Source of the DNA: Longimicrobiales bacterium
Lineage (GTDB): Bacteria; Gemmatimonadota; Gemmatimonadetes; Longimicrobiales; Gaopeijiaceae
Assembly: GCA_041690395.1 (NCBI GenBank)
Contig: JAWLHJ010000004.1
Span: 64,001-128,000 of the forward strand
Reading direction: 5' to 3'
DNA: 64,000 nucleotides
The position numbers were made by a program, and so were the translations under genes. Shown here one piece after another: positions 38,349-48,007 of this stretch. Position 1 is the stretch's first letter. Each line of letters opens with the position of its first letter. Below the pieces are notes generated by a model that saw only the letters and a list, made by a program, of their open reading frames with translations, did not search any database and was not told the origin of the DNA.

Positions 38349-39578
38349 TTGAGCTACACCCGTCTCGTCCTCTTCGACGACGCTCGCGCACGCGCTTGGG
38401 CTCCGTTCTCGCTGACCCGCCCTGTGGGGGAAATGCTGTTCGGCACGATGACGTTGAGGGCGCGCGCCGAACGGGCCACGGGCCTCGCGTGCGCGGGTCA
38501 TCTCACGTCCGACCACCTTCTCGGGTTCGACGAACCCGGTGCGCCCGGGGCCTTGACCCCGGCCCAGGCCCGGGAGCTCAGCGGGCACAGACTCGTCCTG
38601 TCGAGCCGATGCGCGCTGGATCTCGAGGGACTCACCCCTCCGGACGGTTCGGCCACGCTCGTGCTGGAGGGCGTGACGGTCGGTTGGCACCTCCCGGACG
38701 GGGCACCGATGCCGGACGTGGCCGCGCTCCTCGATCCGGACGCGTTCGCCGGGCCCGAAGCCCGCGTCACGATCCGTGGCCGGATGGTCGAGGCGCCCTG
38801 GACGCTCGTGCGGGACAATCCGGACCAGCTTCGCGCCGACGCCGCCGCACTCGGCTGGGAGGACACGGGAACGCCCCCCGGCGTCCACCGGATCGGCGAG
38901 GGAGTACTCTCGCTGGCGCCGGACGCCGCCATCGAGCCGGGCGTGACCGTCGATCTGCGCACCGGACCGGTGCGGCTCGAGGCCGGGAGCCGGGTGGAGG
39001 GTCCCGCGCGCCTCGTCGGCCCGCTGCACATCGGTCCGTCGAGCGTCGTCTTCGGCGGGCAGGTCGGCTCGTCGTCCATCGGACCGGTATGTAAGCTCCG
39101 GGGCGAGATCGCCGACTCGGTCATCCTGGGCTACGTGAACAAGGCGCACGACGGGTATCTGGGCCACGCGCTCGCGGGGCGCTGGGTGAACCTCGGGGCT
39201 TTCACGACCAACTCCGACCTCAAGAACAACTACGGATCCGTGAGCGTGTGGACGCCGGACGGACCGACCGACACCGGGCTCATGAAGGTCGGGTGCTTCC
39301 TCGGCGACCACGTGAAGACGGGCATCGGCACCGTGTTGAACACCGGCACCGTGATCGGGGCCGGCAGCAACGTCTTCGGCGGCCGGATGCCGCCGAGCCA
39401 CGTCCCGCCCTTCAGTTGGGGAGAGGGGTCGGACCTCACCGACTACCGGCTCGACAAGTTCCTCGAGGGCGCGGAGCGCGCGATGGCAAGGCGCGACGTG
39501 GCCCTCACGGAGGGCATGCGCGGCATGCTCGAGCGCGCGTGGCACGCCTCGGCGGACGACCGGCGGCGCGCTCCGTGA
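38349..39578 (+). CDS. GlmU-like putative sugar nucleotidyltransferase / hexapeptide acyltransferase
   Basis: PFSLTRPVGEMLFG (NTP_transf_4-like), NKAHDGYLGH, WVNLGA.TTNSDLKNNY, GDHVKTGI. TTG 38349 has a GGAG SD; alternative GTG at 38340. Confidence 0.85.
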   Translation: MSYTRLVLFDDARARAWAPFSLTRPVGEMLFGTMTLRARAERATGLACAGHLTSDHLLGFDEPGAPGALTPAQARELSGHRLVLSSRCALDLEGLTPPDGSATLVLEGVTVGWHLPDGAPMPDVAALLDPDAFAGPEARVTIRGRMVEAPWTLVRDNPDQLRADAAALGWEDTGTPPGVHRIGEGVLSLAPDAAIEPGVTVDLRTGPVRLEAGSRVEGPARLVGPLHIGPSSVVFGGQVGSSSIGPVCKLRGEIADSVILGYVNKAHDGYLGHALAGRWVNLGAFTTNSDLKNNYGSVSVWTPDGPTDTGLMKVGCFLGDHVKTGIGTVLNTGTVIGAGSNVFGGRMPPSHVPPFSWGEGSDLTDYRLDKFLEGAERAMARRDVALTEGMRGMLERAWHASADDRRRAP

Positions 39579-40396
39579 AGGTTGCGGTCCTCGGAAGCGG
39601 AAGCGGCGGCAACTCGATTCTCGTGTGCGCCGAGGACACCAACCTCCTGGTCGATGCGGGCTTCAGCGGAAAGAAGATCGCCGAGCGTCTGGAACGGCTC
39701 GGGGTCTCACCGGACGACGTCCACGGCATCGTGGTCACGCACGACCATGGAGATCACACCAAGGGCATGGGAGTCTTCGCCCGGCGGCACGGCACCCCCA
39801 TCTACATGACCGAGGCGACGCACAAGAGCTGCGGCCGGCTTCTACGTGGGGAGGAGCGGATCGTGGAGTACCGCGCCAGTCGGGCGTTCCACGTAGGCTC
39901 GCTGAGGGTGGAGCCCTTCATCACCGTCCACGACGCGGTCGACCCGGTCGGCGTCACGGTGGCGGACCCGCGGACCGGGGTCCGGCTCGGGGTCGCGACG
40001 GACCTTGGACGCCCCACGGGACAGATCCGCCACGCTCTGTCCGGCTGCGACATGCTGGTGCTGGAGGCGAACCACGACGAGATGCTCCTGCATCAGAGTC
40101 CCTACCCCGCCTCGGTGAAGCGCCGGATCACGTCGAGCCACGGGCACCTGTCGAATCAGGCCGCCGCCCAGCTCGTCCGCGAGCTGCTCCACCCGAGGCT
40201 CGCCTGCGTGGTGCTCGCGCACCTGTCCCGTGAGGCGAACCGACCGGAGCTGGCGCGCGAGGTCATCGGCGATGCCCTCGAGGCGGCCGGGTGGCGCGGC
40301 CATCTCGAGGTGGCCACCCAGGACGACCCGACCCCGCTCTTCGACGTCGAAGAGATCAGGAAGCGCGCGGGTCCTTCGCAGCTCAGCCTGCTTTAG
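39575..40396 (+). CDS. MBL-fold metallo-hydrolase (YycJ/WalJ-like)
   Basis: LGSGSGGN, THDHGDH, HDAVDP, TDLG, LEANHD, GHLSN, LAHLS..AN. Confidence 0.9.
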   Translation: MKVAVLGSGSGGNSILVCAEDTNLLVDAGFSGKKIAERLERLGVSPDDVHGIVVTHDHGDHTKGMGVFARRHGTPIYMTEATHKSCGRLLRGEERIVEYRASRAFHVGSLRVEPFITVHDAVDPVGVTVADPRTGVRLGVATDLGRPTGQIRHALSGCDMLVLEANHDEMLLHQSPYPASVKRRITSSHGHLSNQAAAQLVRELLHPRLACVVLAHLSREANRPELAREVIGDALEAAGWRGHLEVATQDDPTPLFDVEEIRKRAGPSQLSLL

Positions 40397-40420
40397 CGCC
40401 CCGGGGCCGCCTACCGGGCC

Positions 40421-41779
40421 TCAGAGCCCCAGCAGGCGCAGGAAGTCGTTGGACAGCGCCCACACCATGATTCCGACGACGATCAGGAATCCGACGTTGC
40501 TCCATTTCAGGCGCTGCTCGACCGTGAGCCCGCGCCCGCCGCGCACCGCTTCGATGCCGAGGAAGACCAGGTGGCCTCCGTCGAGCACCGGGATCGGGAG
40601 CAGGTTCAGCACCGCGAGGTTGACGCTGAAGAGCGCCATGAAGCGGAGGAACTGGTCGATACCGGCGGCAGCGGCCTGCCCCGAGGCTTCCCCGATCGTG
40701 ACGATGCTCCCCATCGAGCGCGGCGAGATGCCCCCGGTGACCAGGTCACCCAGGAACCCGACGATGAGACTCGTGACGGCCACCGTCTCCCTGTAGCCGT
40801 AGGCCACCGCCTCCCCCACCGGAACGTCCCGGTAGGTCGTCGCGAGCTGGGGCGGGAACACGCCCACCCTGCCGACCGCCATCTCGGTACCGTCGGCCTG
40901 CCGCTCCATCTCGGAATCGAGCGTCACCGCGCGGACCAGCTCCCGCTCGTCGCGCACGATCGTGATCTCGACCCGCTCACCGGGTCGCGCCTCGACCGCC
41001 TCCACGAACGTCCACCAGTTCTCGACCGGCTCCCCCGCCACGGCCACGATGCGGTCTCCGGCCTCCAGGCCCGCCCGATCGGCCGGCGAGCCGGGATTCA
41101 CGGCCCCGACCCCGGCCTCGATCCAGGCGCCAATGGCCGAGACCAGGTCACGGCGACGCTCAGGGTCGTCCGGAACGGTGATCGCGACGTCACGCGACGG
41201 CTCGGCGAAGCGGATCGAGAGCGGTCCGGCCGGGGCGTTCAGAATGAGCCGCTGCACGTCGCCCCAGTGCTCCGCATCGGCGTCGCCGACCTGGAGAACC
41301 CTGCTCCCGGGATCGACGGTCGCCAGCGTTTCCGTCCCCGCGGGGAGCGCTTCCGCGAAGACCGCCCCGATGCGCGTCGAGTCGTACTCGGGCACCCCGT
41401 ACTGCGCGGCCAGGAACGCGTAGGTCCCGAAAGCGAAGAGCATGTTCATGATCACGCCGGCCGAGATCACGAACGCCCTCGCCCAGATCGGCTTCGCGTC
41501 GAACGCTCGCTCGCGCGGCGTCGGCGGCACGGTCGGCTCGCCGCCCTCGAGACGCTCCATCACCTCGTCGTCCATCCCACCCATCTTCACGTAACCCCCG
41601 AGCGGGATCGCGCTCAGGACGTACTCGGTCTCGCCGTGGCGGAAGCCGAAGACCTTCGGCCCGAGCCCGATGGAGAAGCGCTGCACCTCGACGCCCACGG
41701 CCTTGGCGGCGGCGAAGTGGCCGAGCTCGTGCACGAAGATCAAAACTCCGAGCACGACGATCGTCGCGAGAATGGTCAT
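40421..41779 (-). CDS. rseP: RIP metalloprotease RseP
   Basis: HELGH, PLGGYVKM, two PDZ-like domains, NLLPIPVLDGG. Confidence 0.95.
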   Translation of the reverse strand: MTILATIVVLGVLIFVHELGHFAAAKAVGVEVQRFSIGLGPKVFGFRHGETEYVLSAIPLGGYVKMGGMDDEVMERLEGGEPTVPPTPRERAFDAKPIWARAFVISAGVIMNMLFAFGTYAFLAAQYGVPEYDSTRIGAVFAEALPAGTETLATVDPGSRVLQVGDADAEHWGDVQRLILNAPAGPLSIRFAEPSRDVAITVPDDPERRRDLVSAIGAWIEAGVGAVNPGSPADRAGLEAGDRIVAVAGEPVENWWTFVEAVEARPGERVEITIVRDERELVRAVTLDSEMERQADGTEMAVGRVGVFPPQLATTYRDVPVGEAVAYGYRETVAVTSLIVGFLGDLVTGGISPRSMGSIVTIGEASGQAAAAGIDQFLRFMALFSVNLAVLNLLPIPVLDGGHLVFLGIEAVRGGRGLTVEQRLKWSNVGFLIVVGIMVWALSNDFLRLLGL

Positions 41780-42954
41780 GCGGTGGGAATCCTCTTGTTC
41801 ACGCGATCGGCGGCCGCACGGGCCAGCGCGCGTGCTTCTTGGTCGGCTTCGAGCACGTCGTCCACGTCGGACACCTCCATGGCGCCCACCGCTTCGACGG
41901 CTTCGGTCACGATGTCCACCATGTCCGGGAATCTAACCCGCTCGTCGAGGAAGGCCCGCACCGCGATCTCGTTCGCGGCATTGTACGCGGCTGGGGCCGC
42001 CCGGCCCCTCTTCCCCGCCTCGCAACCCAGGGTGAACAGCGGGAACGCCTCGTGGTCGATGTCCTCGAACGTCAGAGGTGATGCCCGCACCGGATCATAC
42101 GTCCGAAGCGCCGGATCGTTCACCCGGTCCGGATAGCTCAGCGCGTACATGATCGGGATCTCCATCGTCGGAAAGCCGAGTTGGGCGAGCACCGAGCCGT
42201 CCACGAACTCCACGAAGGAGTGCACGATCGACTGGGGATGCACGACGGCCTCGATGCGCTCGTACGGCAGCCCGTACAGATAATGCGCTTCGATGACCTC
42301 GAGCGCCTTGTTGGCGAGGGTGGCCGAGTCGATGGTGATCTTGGCGCCCATGTCCCACGTGGGATGCCGGAGCGCGTCGCTCGGCCGCACGGTCTCGAGC
42401 TCCTGCGCGGCTCTGCCGCGGAACGGTCCACCCGAGGCCGTCAGCACGATCCGGTGCACACGGTCGGAGGAGCACCCCTCGAGACACTGAAGGATCGCGC
42501 TGTGCTCGGAGTCGATGGGGACGATCTCCCCGCCCCCCTTCCGGCACGCATCCAGGAGGATCTCGCCTCCGGCCACGAGCGACTCCTTGTTCGCCAGGGC
42601 GAGCCGGTGTCCCGCACCCACGGCGGCGAGCGACGGCTCGAGCCCGGTGGCGCCGACGAGCGCGTTGAGCACGACGTCCACGTCGTCGCGGCGGGCCACG
42701 TCGAGGAGCGCCTCACGACCCGTATGCCAGCGCGTCGAGCCCGAGGGCCCGGTCGCGTCGGCCGGCCGATCCGCCGCCCGGTCCGCCAGGACGGCGACGT
42801 CGGGGCGGAAGGCCTCGGCCTGCTTCTCGAGCAGCTCCGAGCTACGATGCGCGGTCAGCGCGACCACCTCGAAGCGGTCCCGGTTGCGCGAGATCATCTC
42901 GAGGGCGCTCCGTCCGATGGAGCCCGTCGAGCCGAGGATGGCGACGCGGATCAT
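41776..42954 (-). CDS. dxr: 1-deoxy-D-xylulose-5-phosphate reductoisomerase
   Basis: LGSTGSIG, LANKES, PIDSEH, LTASGGPFR, HPTWDMGAKITIDSAT, NAANE. Confidence 0.97.
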   Translation of the reverse strand: MIRVAILGSTGSIGRSALEMISRNRDRFEVVALTAHRSSELLEKQAEAFRPDVAVLADRAADRPADATGPSGSTRWHTGREALLDVARRDDVDVVLNALVGATGLEPSLAAVGAGHRLALANKESLVAGGEILLDACRKGGGEIVPIDSEHSAILQCLEGCSSDRVHRIVLTASGGPFRGRAAQELETVRPSDALRHPTWDMGAKITIDSATLANKALEVIEAHYLYGLPYERIEAVVHPQSIVHSFVEFVDGSVLAQLGFPTMEIPIMYALSYPDRVNDPALRTYDPVRASPLTFEDIDHEAFPLFTLGCEAGKRGRAAPAAYNAANEIAVRAFLDERVRFPDMVDIVTEAVEAVGAMEVSDVDDVLEADQEARALARAAADRVNKRIPTA

Positions 42955-43835
42955 CGTGCGGCATCCAGGAGCAGGAGGAGCCCGTAGGAGAGCGGGAGCG
43001 TAACGACCAGCGCGTCGACCCGGTCGAGCACACCGCCGTGCCCGGGCAGGAGCGTCCCGGAGTCCTTCACACCCGCATCGCGCTTCAGGACGGATTCGGC
43101 GAGGTCACCCACGATCGCGCCGACACCGATGAGGGCACCGAGCCCCGCGGCGCTCAGCACGGTGAGTGGGGCGCCGGGAAGCAGGTGAGCGACGATCAGG
43201 TACCAGACGGCCGCCCCCGCGGCCGCTCCGGCGACGCCGGCCACGGCGCCCTCCCAGCTCTTCTTCGGGCTGATGGCCGGCGCGAGCCGGCGTCGGCCCC
43301 ACGCCGAGCCGGCGAAGTAGGCCGTCGCATCACCGACCCATGTCGCCGTGAGGGGGAGCGCGACCATGGCGACCGCGCCCCACGCCTCGGTGGGCCCCGC
43401 GGACCACCCGTTCTGTCGCGGTAGCGCGTGCAGCAGCGGCACGAGCGCAAGCGCGAGGCCGGGGTAGATGGCCCCGAAGAGGGTGGTGGCGCCCGCCGCG
43501 AGCGGCTCGCCCTCCGCCCCGCGCCGGAAGGTGATCCATATCAGCACGACCAGGGCCGCAACGCCGAGAAGAACGAACGACCAGGCCGCGAAATCGCGGG
43601 GCGTGGCGCTCCAGACGGCCAGAAGCGCGAAAATGGCGGCGGTCGGCACGCCGACCCAGGCAACCGGACGGACGTTCTTGCGGCGCGCGAGCCGGTAGCA
43701 CTCGTCGGCGCCCAATGCCGAGATGACACCGATCACCGCCGCCAGCGCCCACGATCCTACATAGAGGACGACGACGACGAGCGGGACCCCGACGAGGGCC
43801 ACGGCCCATCGTCGGGAGAGCTCCTTGGCCACCAT
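42951..43835 (-). CDS. cdsA: Phosphatidate cytidylyltransferase
   Basis: Multi-TM; ISPKKSWEG, GDLAESVLKR...KDSG.LLPGHGGVLDRVD. Confidence 0.94.
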   Translation of the reverse strand: MVAKELSRRWAVALVGVPLVVVVLYVGSWALAAVIGVISALGADECYRLARRKNVRPVAWVGVPTAAIFALLAVWSATPRDFAAWSFVLLGVAALVVLIWITFRRGAEGEPLAAGATTLFGAIYPGLALALVPLLHALPRQNGWSAGPTEAWGAVAMVALPLTATWVGDATAYFAGSAWGRRRLAPAISPKKSWEGAVAGVAGAAAGAAVWYLIVAHLLPGAPLTVLSAAGLGALIGVGAIVGDLAESVLKRDAGVKDSGTLLPGHGGVLDRVDALVVTLPLSYGLLLLLDAAR

Positions 43836-44386
43836 CAGATGGCCATGATCTCCTCTTCCTTCTTCTTCAGGAGCTCGTCGATCTTCTCGTTGTACTCGTT
43901 GGTCGTCTTCTCGAGCGCTTCCTCGCGACGGCGTCCCTCGTCCTCGCCGATCTCGTGCTCCTTCACCAACGCCTGGATGTCCTCGCGGACCGTCCTGCGC
44001 GCATGGCGGATCGAGATCCTCCCCTCTTCCGCCATCTTGTGCAGGAGCTTCACGTACTCCTTGCGGCGCTCCTCGTTGAGCGCGGGGATCGGCACGCGGA
44101 TCACGTTACCGTCGTTGGCAGGGTTCAGACCGAGATCGGCGGATTGGATTCCGCGCTCGATCTCGCCGATGAGGGACTTGTCGAACGGCTGGACGACGAG
44201 CAGCGTCGGCTCGGGCGTGCTCACCGTCGCGACCTGGTTCAGAGGCATCTTCGAGCCGTACGCATCGACGCGGACGGTGTCGAGGAGCGCGGGCGTGGCC
44301 TTACCGGTCCGCACCGTCGCGAACTCCCGGCGCATCGCGTCGAGCGCTTCGTCCATCCGATTCCTGGCATCCTGCACCGTCGCCAT
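43835..44386 (-). CDS. frr: Ribosome recycling factor
   Basis: VRTGKATP, YGSKMPLNQVA, LGLNP, PALNEERRKE. Confidence 0.97.
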   Translation of the reverse strand: MATVQDARNRMDEALDAMRREFATVRTGKATPALLDTVRVDAYGSKMPLNQVATVSTPEPTLLVVQPFDKSLIGEIERGIQSADLGLNPANDGNVIRVPIPALNEERRKEYVKLLHKMAEEGRISIRHARRTVREDIQALVKEHEIGEDEGRRREEALEKTTNEYNEKIDELLKKKEEEIMAI

Positions 44387-44420
44387 TCGATTCCTCCGCT
44401 ACTGGCTGAAAAAAGCGCTT

Positions 44421-45146
44421 CTACGATACAAGCGTTCCGATGTGCTCACCACGGATCGCGCTGGCCACGGCACCTCGGTTCTCGAGATTCAGCACGATGA
44501 TCGGGAGACCGTTCTCCTTGCACAGCGATACCGCCGCGGCGTCCATGACGGCGAGCTCACGCGACATGACCTCCCGGAAGGAGATCTTGGGAATGAACTC
44601 CGCGTCGGGGTCCTTCGCAGGATCCGCGGTATAGACGCCCTGCACCTTCGTGGCCTTGATGACCACGTCGGACTCCATCTCGATCGCCCGGAGCGCGGCG
44701 GCCGTGTCGGTGGAGAAGTACGGGTTGCCCGTCCCTCCGGCGAACAGCACCACCCGGCCCAGCTCCATGTGCCGGAGCGCCCTACGCCGGATGTACGGCT
44801 CGGCGATCTCGTCCATGCGGATCGCCGTCATCACGCGTACGTCCACGTTCTTGTGCTCGAGCAGATCCTGGACCGCAAGCGCGTTGATGACCGTGGCCAG
44901 CATTCCCATGTAGTCCGCCTGGACCCGGTCCATCCCCTCTTTGGAGGCCATGGCGCCGCGGAGGATGTTGCCTCCCCCGATCACCACGCCGAGGGAGACA
45001 CCCATCGCCACGACGGAGCGGATCTCGTCGGTGAGCTGGTCGACGACGGAGGGCTCGAGCCCGAAGCCCTTGCCACCGGCGAGCGCCTCTCCCGACAGCT
45101 TTAGAAGCACGCGTTTGTACCGCAGCTCTTCACCGCCTTCGCTCAT
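44421..45146 (-). CDS. pyrH: UMP kinase
   Basis: RVLLKLSGEAL, GGGNILRG, DYMGMLATVIN, GTGNPYFSTD, VMD. Confidence 0.97.
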   Translation of the reverse strand: MSEGGEELRYKRVLLKLSGEALAGGKGFGLEPSVVDQLTDEIRSVVAMGVSLGVVIGGGNILRGAMASKEGMDRVQADYMGMLATVINALAVQDLLEHKNVDVRVMTAIRMDEIAEPYIRRRALRHMELGRVVLFAGGTGNPYFSTDTAAALRAIEMESDVVIKATKVQGVYTADPAKDPDAEFIPKISFREVMSRELAVMDAAAVSLCKENGLPIIVLNLENRGAVASAIRGEHIGTLVS

Positions 45147-45192
45147 GCCGACTCCCGCCTGAATTTGTGTTCGACGTGTACGCGCCCCGGAC

Positions 45193-45789
45193 TCAGGAGA
45201 TCTCGCCGACCTTGAAGCGCGCGAACCGGGCAACCTCGATCTTCTCGCCGGTCTTCGCGGAAACCTCCGTGATGAGCTCTTCGATCGTCTTGTCCGGGTC
45301 CTTCACGAAGGGCTGCGCAAGAAGCGTGCTCTCCTTGAAGAACTTCTGGAGCTTCCCTTCGACGATCTTCTCCCACATGGCCTCCGGCTTCCCCTCTTCC
45401 TTCACGGTCTCGAGGAAGACGCTCCGCTCGCGCTCGACGACGTCGGCCGGGATCTCGTCCTTGGAGACACCCAACGGGGCCGAGGAGGCGATGTGGAGGG
45501 CCAGGTCCTTGGCCAACCCCTTGAAGGCGTCGGTGTTGGCGACGAAGTCGGTCTCGCAGTTCAACTCGACGATGACGGCCGTCTTGTCGTCGAAATGCAC
45601 GTAACTACCGATGGTCCCTTCGTTCGCCGACTTGTCCGCACGTTTCGCGGCCTTCGCGGCACCCTTGGCGCGCAGCAGGTCGACCGCCTTCTCGATGTCA
45701 CCCCCGGTCTCCGTGAGGGCCTTCTTGCAGTCCATCATCCCCGCGCCGGTCATGTCGCGGAGCTTCTTGACGTCTTTGGCGTTGATCAT
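45193..45789 (-). CDS. tsf: Elongation factor Ts (short form)
   Basis: LRDMTGAGMMDCKKAL, ELNCETDFVA, IVEGKL; 198 aa. Confidence 0.96.
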   Translation of the reverse strand: MINAKDVKKLRDMTGAGMMDCKKALTETGGDIEKAVDLLRAKGAAKAAKRADKSANEGTIGSYVHFDDKTAVIVELNCETDFVANTDAFKGLAKDLALHIASSAPLGVSKDEIPADVVERERSVFLETVKEEGKPEAMWEKIVEGKLQKFFKESTLLAQPFVKDPDKTIEELITEVSAKTGEKIEVARFARFKVGEIS

Positions 45790-45848
45790 GCTCGCTCGCT
45801 CACCGTGCTTCTATCGTTAGTGGATCCGGCCTCACGACCGTGATCGTG

Positions 45849-45891
45849 AAAAGAGGCGGCGGAGACGGAAGACCCGTCCTCTGCCGCCTCT
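45849..45891 (-). terminator. Terminator/attenuator hairpin between rpsB and tsf
   Basis: AGAGGCGGC...GCCGCCTCT stem with inner GACGG/CCGTC, followed by TTT on the minus strand. Confidence 0.65.
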
Positions 45892-45950
45892 CACCGTCCC
45901 CGAGGGGACGTCAACGGCACCCGATGACGCTTGCCACCGGGCGACCGGCC

Positions 45951-46979
45951 TCAACCCTCCGAGTCCTCCGAATCGTCGTCGCCCTCGTCTTCGTCTTCGG
46001 GCTCCGGCGCCTTCGCGGCCTTCTTCTTCGACTTGGCCTTGGGCTCCTCGGCAGCGCTCTGGTCCTGCTCGGCCGACGACTCCTCGGCCTCGTCCGTGGC
46101 GGACTCGTCCCCGTCGTCCTCCGCAGCCGCCTCGCCACCCTCCTCGTCCTTCAGACGCTGGGCGATGACCTCGGGCTTCGGCCGCCGCTTCCGCTTGGGC
46201 CGCCGCTTCGGACGCTCCTTCTCGGTCGTCTCACCGGTCTCGGTGGAGTACGTCGTGGCCTCGAGATCCTCGGTACGACGGCGGTCCTCCTCCGGGACTT
46301 CCTTCCGGGCCGTCTCGATCGCATCGGCCATGGCCTTCGCGATCAGGCTGACGGAGCGGATGGCGTCGTCGTTGCCCGGAATCGGATAGTCGATCAGGTC
46401 CGGGTCCGCGTTCGTGTCGGCGATCGCGATGATCGGGATCCCGAGGCGGGAAGCCTCACGGACCGCGATCGTCTCGCGCTTCGCGTCGACCACGAAGACC
46501 GCACCCGGCAGGCGTCCCATGTCCTTCACGCCGGCGAGGTACTTGTCGAGCTTCGTGCGCTCGCGGTCGAGCATGAGGCGCTCTTTCTTCGTGTAGAACT
46601 CGAAGGCACCCTCCTCCTGGCCGCGCTCGAGCTCCTTCAGACGCCGGATCTGCTTCCGGATGGTCTGGAAGTTCGTGAGCATGCCGCCGAGCCAACGCTC
46701 GGTGACGTAGTACGAGCCGCTGCGCTGCGCCTCCACCTCGACGACTCCGCGAAGCTGCTTCTTCGTGCAGACGAAGAGGACGCGCTCGCCTCGGAGGGCG
46801 ACCTCGCGCACCGCCTGCTGAGCGGCCTCGAGCCGGTCGAGCGTCTTGCGGAGGTCGATGATGTGGATGCCGTTCCGCTGGGTGAAGATGAAGGGCTTCA
46901 TCTTCGGGTTCCAACGACGGGTCTGGTGGCCGAAGTGTACGCCGGCCTCCAGAAGCTGGTCGAGACCTACTTCCGACAT
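45951..46979 (-). CDS. rpsB: 30S ribosomal protein S2 with long charged C-terminal extension
   Basis: [41 protein letters not shown]. Confidence 0.97.
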   Translation of the reverse strand: MSEVGLDQLLEAGVHFGHQTRRWNPKMKPFIFTQRNGIHIIDLRKTLDRLEAAQQAVREVALRGERVLFVCTKKQLRGVVEVEAQRSGSYYVTERWLGGMLTNFQTIRKQIRRLKELERGQEEGAFEFYTKKERLMLDRERTKLDKYLAGVKDMGRLPGAVFVVDAKRETIAVREASRLGIPIIAIADTNADPDLIDYPIPGNDDAIRSVSLIAKAMADAIETARKEVPEEDRRRTEDLEATTYSTETGETTEKERPKRRPKRKRRPKPEVIAQRLKDEEGGEAAAEDDGDESATDEAEESSAEQDQSAAEEPKAKSKKKAAKAPEPEDEDEGDDDSEDSEG

Positions 46980-47053
46980 GTGTTCTTTCTCTTTCATTGG
47001 GGCCGATGTACGCCCCGGTCAGGATTTCGACGCGGCGAGCCGCGCCGTACGGA

Positions 47054-47452
47054 TCAACGCTTGGAGAACTGGAACCGCTTGCGGGCCTTCGGACGGCCGG
47101 GCTTCTTACGCTCGACCTGGCGCGGGTCACGGGTCAGCATGCCCTTCTGGCGCAGCGTGGGACGAGTCTCCTCGTCATGCTCCACGATCGCGCGGGAGAG
47201 GCCCATGCGGACGGCGTCGCACTGTCCGGTGAGTCCGCCGCCGTTCACGCGCACGAAGACGTCGAACTGACCCTCGAGCTCGGTCACCTTCAGCGGCTCG
47301 GCGAGCCGGATCTGGTGAGTGGGGCGCGGGAAATAATCGGTGAGCGTGCGGCCGTTGACCGTCCACTCACCCTTTCCGGGGCGCAGGATGATGCGGGCGA
47401 CCGAGGTCTTCCGGCGTCCGACCGTCTGAATCTGTCCTTCGTGGTTCGCCAT
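47054..47452 (-). CDS. rpsI: 30S ribosomal protein S9
   Basis: GRRKTSVAR, GGGLTGQ, LTRDPR.VERKKPG, QFSKR. Confidence 0.97.
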   Translation of the reverse strand: MANHEGQIQTVGRRKTSVARIILRPGKGEWTVNGRTLTDYFPRPTHQIRLAEPLKVTELEGQFDVFVRVNGGGLTGQCDAVRMGLSRAIVEHDEETRPTLRQKGMLTRDPRQVERKKPGRPKARKRFQFSKR

Positions 47453-47466
47453 GTGCTGTCGATCCC

Positions 47467-47895
47467 TCAGATGTCCAGGGGCTCGGGCCGCTGGCCCTGA
47501 TGAGGATGCTCCGTGCCCGCGTAAACCTTCAGCTTCTTCCGGAGCTGCCGCCCCAACGCGTTCTTGGGCAACATGCCCTTGACCGCCAGCTCGATCACCC
47601 GCTCGGGGTGCGTGGCGATCATTCGCTTGAAGGGGATGTGCTGCTCACCGCCCATGTAGCCGGAATGCCGGAAGTACGTCTTCTGCTCGGCCTTGCGACC
47701 GGTCAGACGCACCTGTTCGGCATTCACGACGACCACGTTGTCACCCGTGTCGAGGTGAGGCGTGTACATGGGCTTGTGCTTCCCACGAATGACGCGGGCG
47801 ATCTCGGTCGCCAGGCGCCCGAGGGGCTTGTCTGCCGCGTCCACGAGCCACCACTTGTGCTCGATGTCGTCGGCTTTGGGAGTATACGTCTTCAT
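47467..47895 (-). CDS. rplM: 50S ribosomal protein L13
   Basis: [45 protein letters not shown]. Confidence 0.97.
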   Translation of the reverse strand: MKTYTPKADDIEHKWWLVDAADKPLGRLATEIARVIRGKHKPMYTPHLDTGDNVVVVNAEQVRLTGRKAEQKTYFRHSGYMGGEQHIPFKRMIATHPERVIELAVKGMLPKNALGRQLRKKLKVYAGTEHPHQGQRPEPLDI

Positions 47896-47940
47896 ACCCG
47901 CGATTCTGCAGAGATTGGCGGTTCCGGAATGGAGCTATCA

Positions 47941-47969
47941 AGGATAGTCCTGAGCACAGGGGGTGTCAA
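47941..47969 (-). promoter_or_regulatory. sigma70 promoter of rplM operon
   Basis: TTGACA (47969-64)-N17-TATCCT (47946-41). Confidence 0.8.
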
Positions 47970-48007
47970 CCGACCCTGAGCCGTCCAACAGGGTCCCGGA
48001 CGGGCGC

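Noticed and set aside
45193..45789. tsf as truncated pseudogene
   Set aside because: The ~200-aa EF-Ts form is established (e.g. Thermus, cyanobacteria); the frame is intact with a normal C-terminus.
96..47500. Many long plus-strand ORFs antisense to housekeeping genes (e.g. 1745-3094, 32443-34614, 33926-35968, 45840-47270)
   Set aside because: Shadow ORFs from high-GC codon bias; they mirror clearly identified minus-strand genes and have no motifs.
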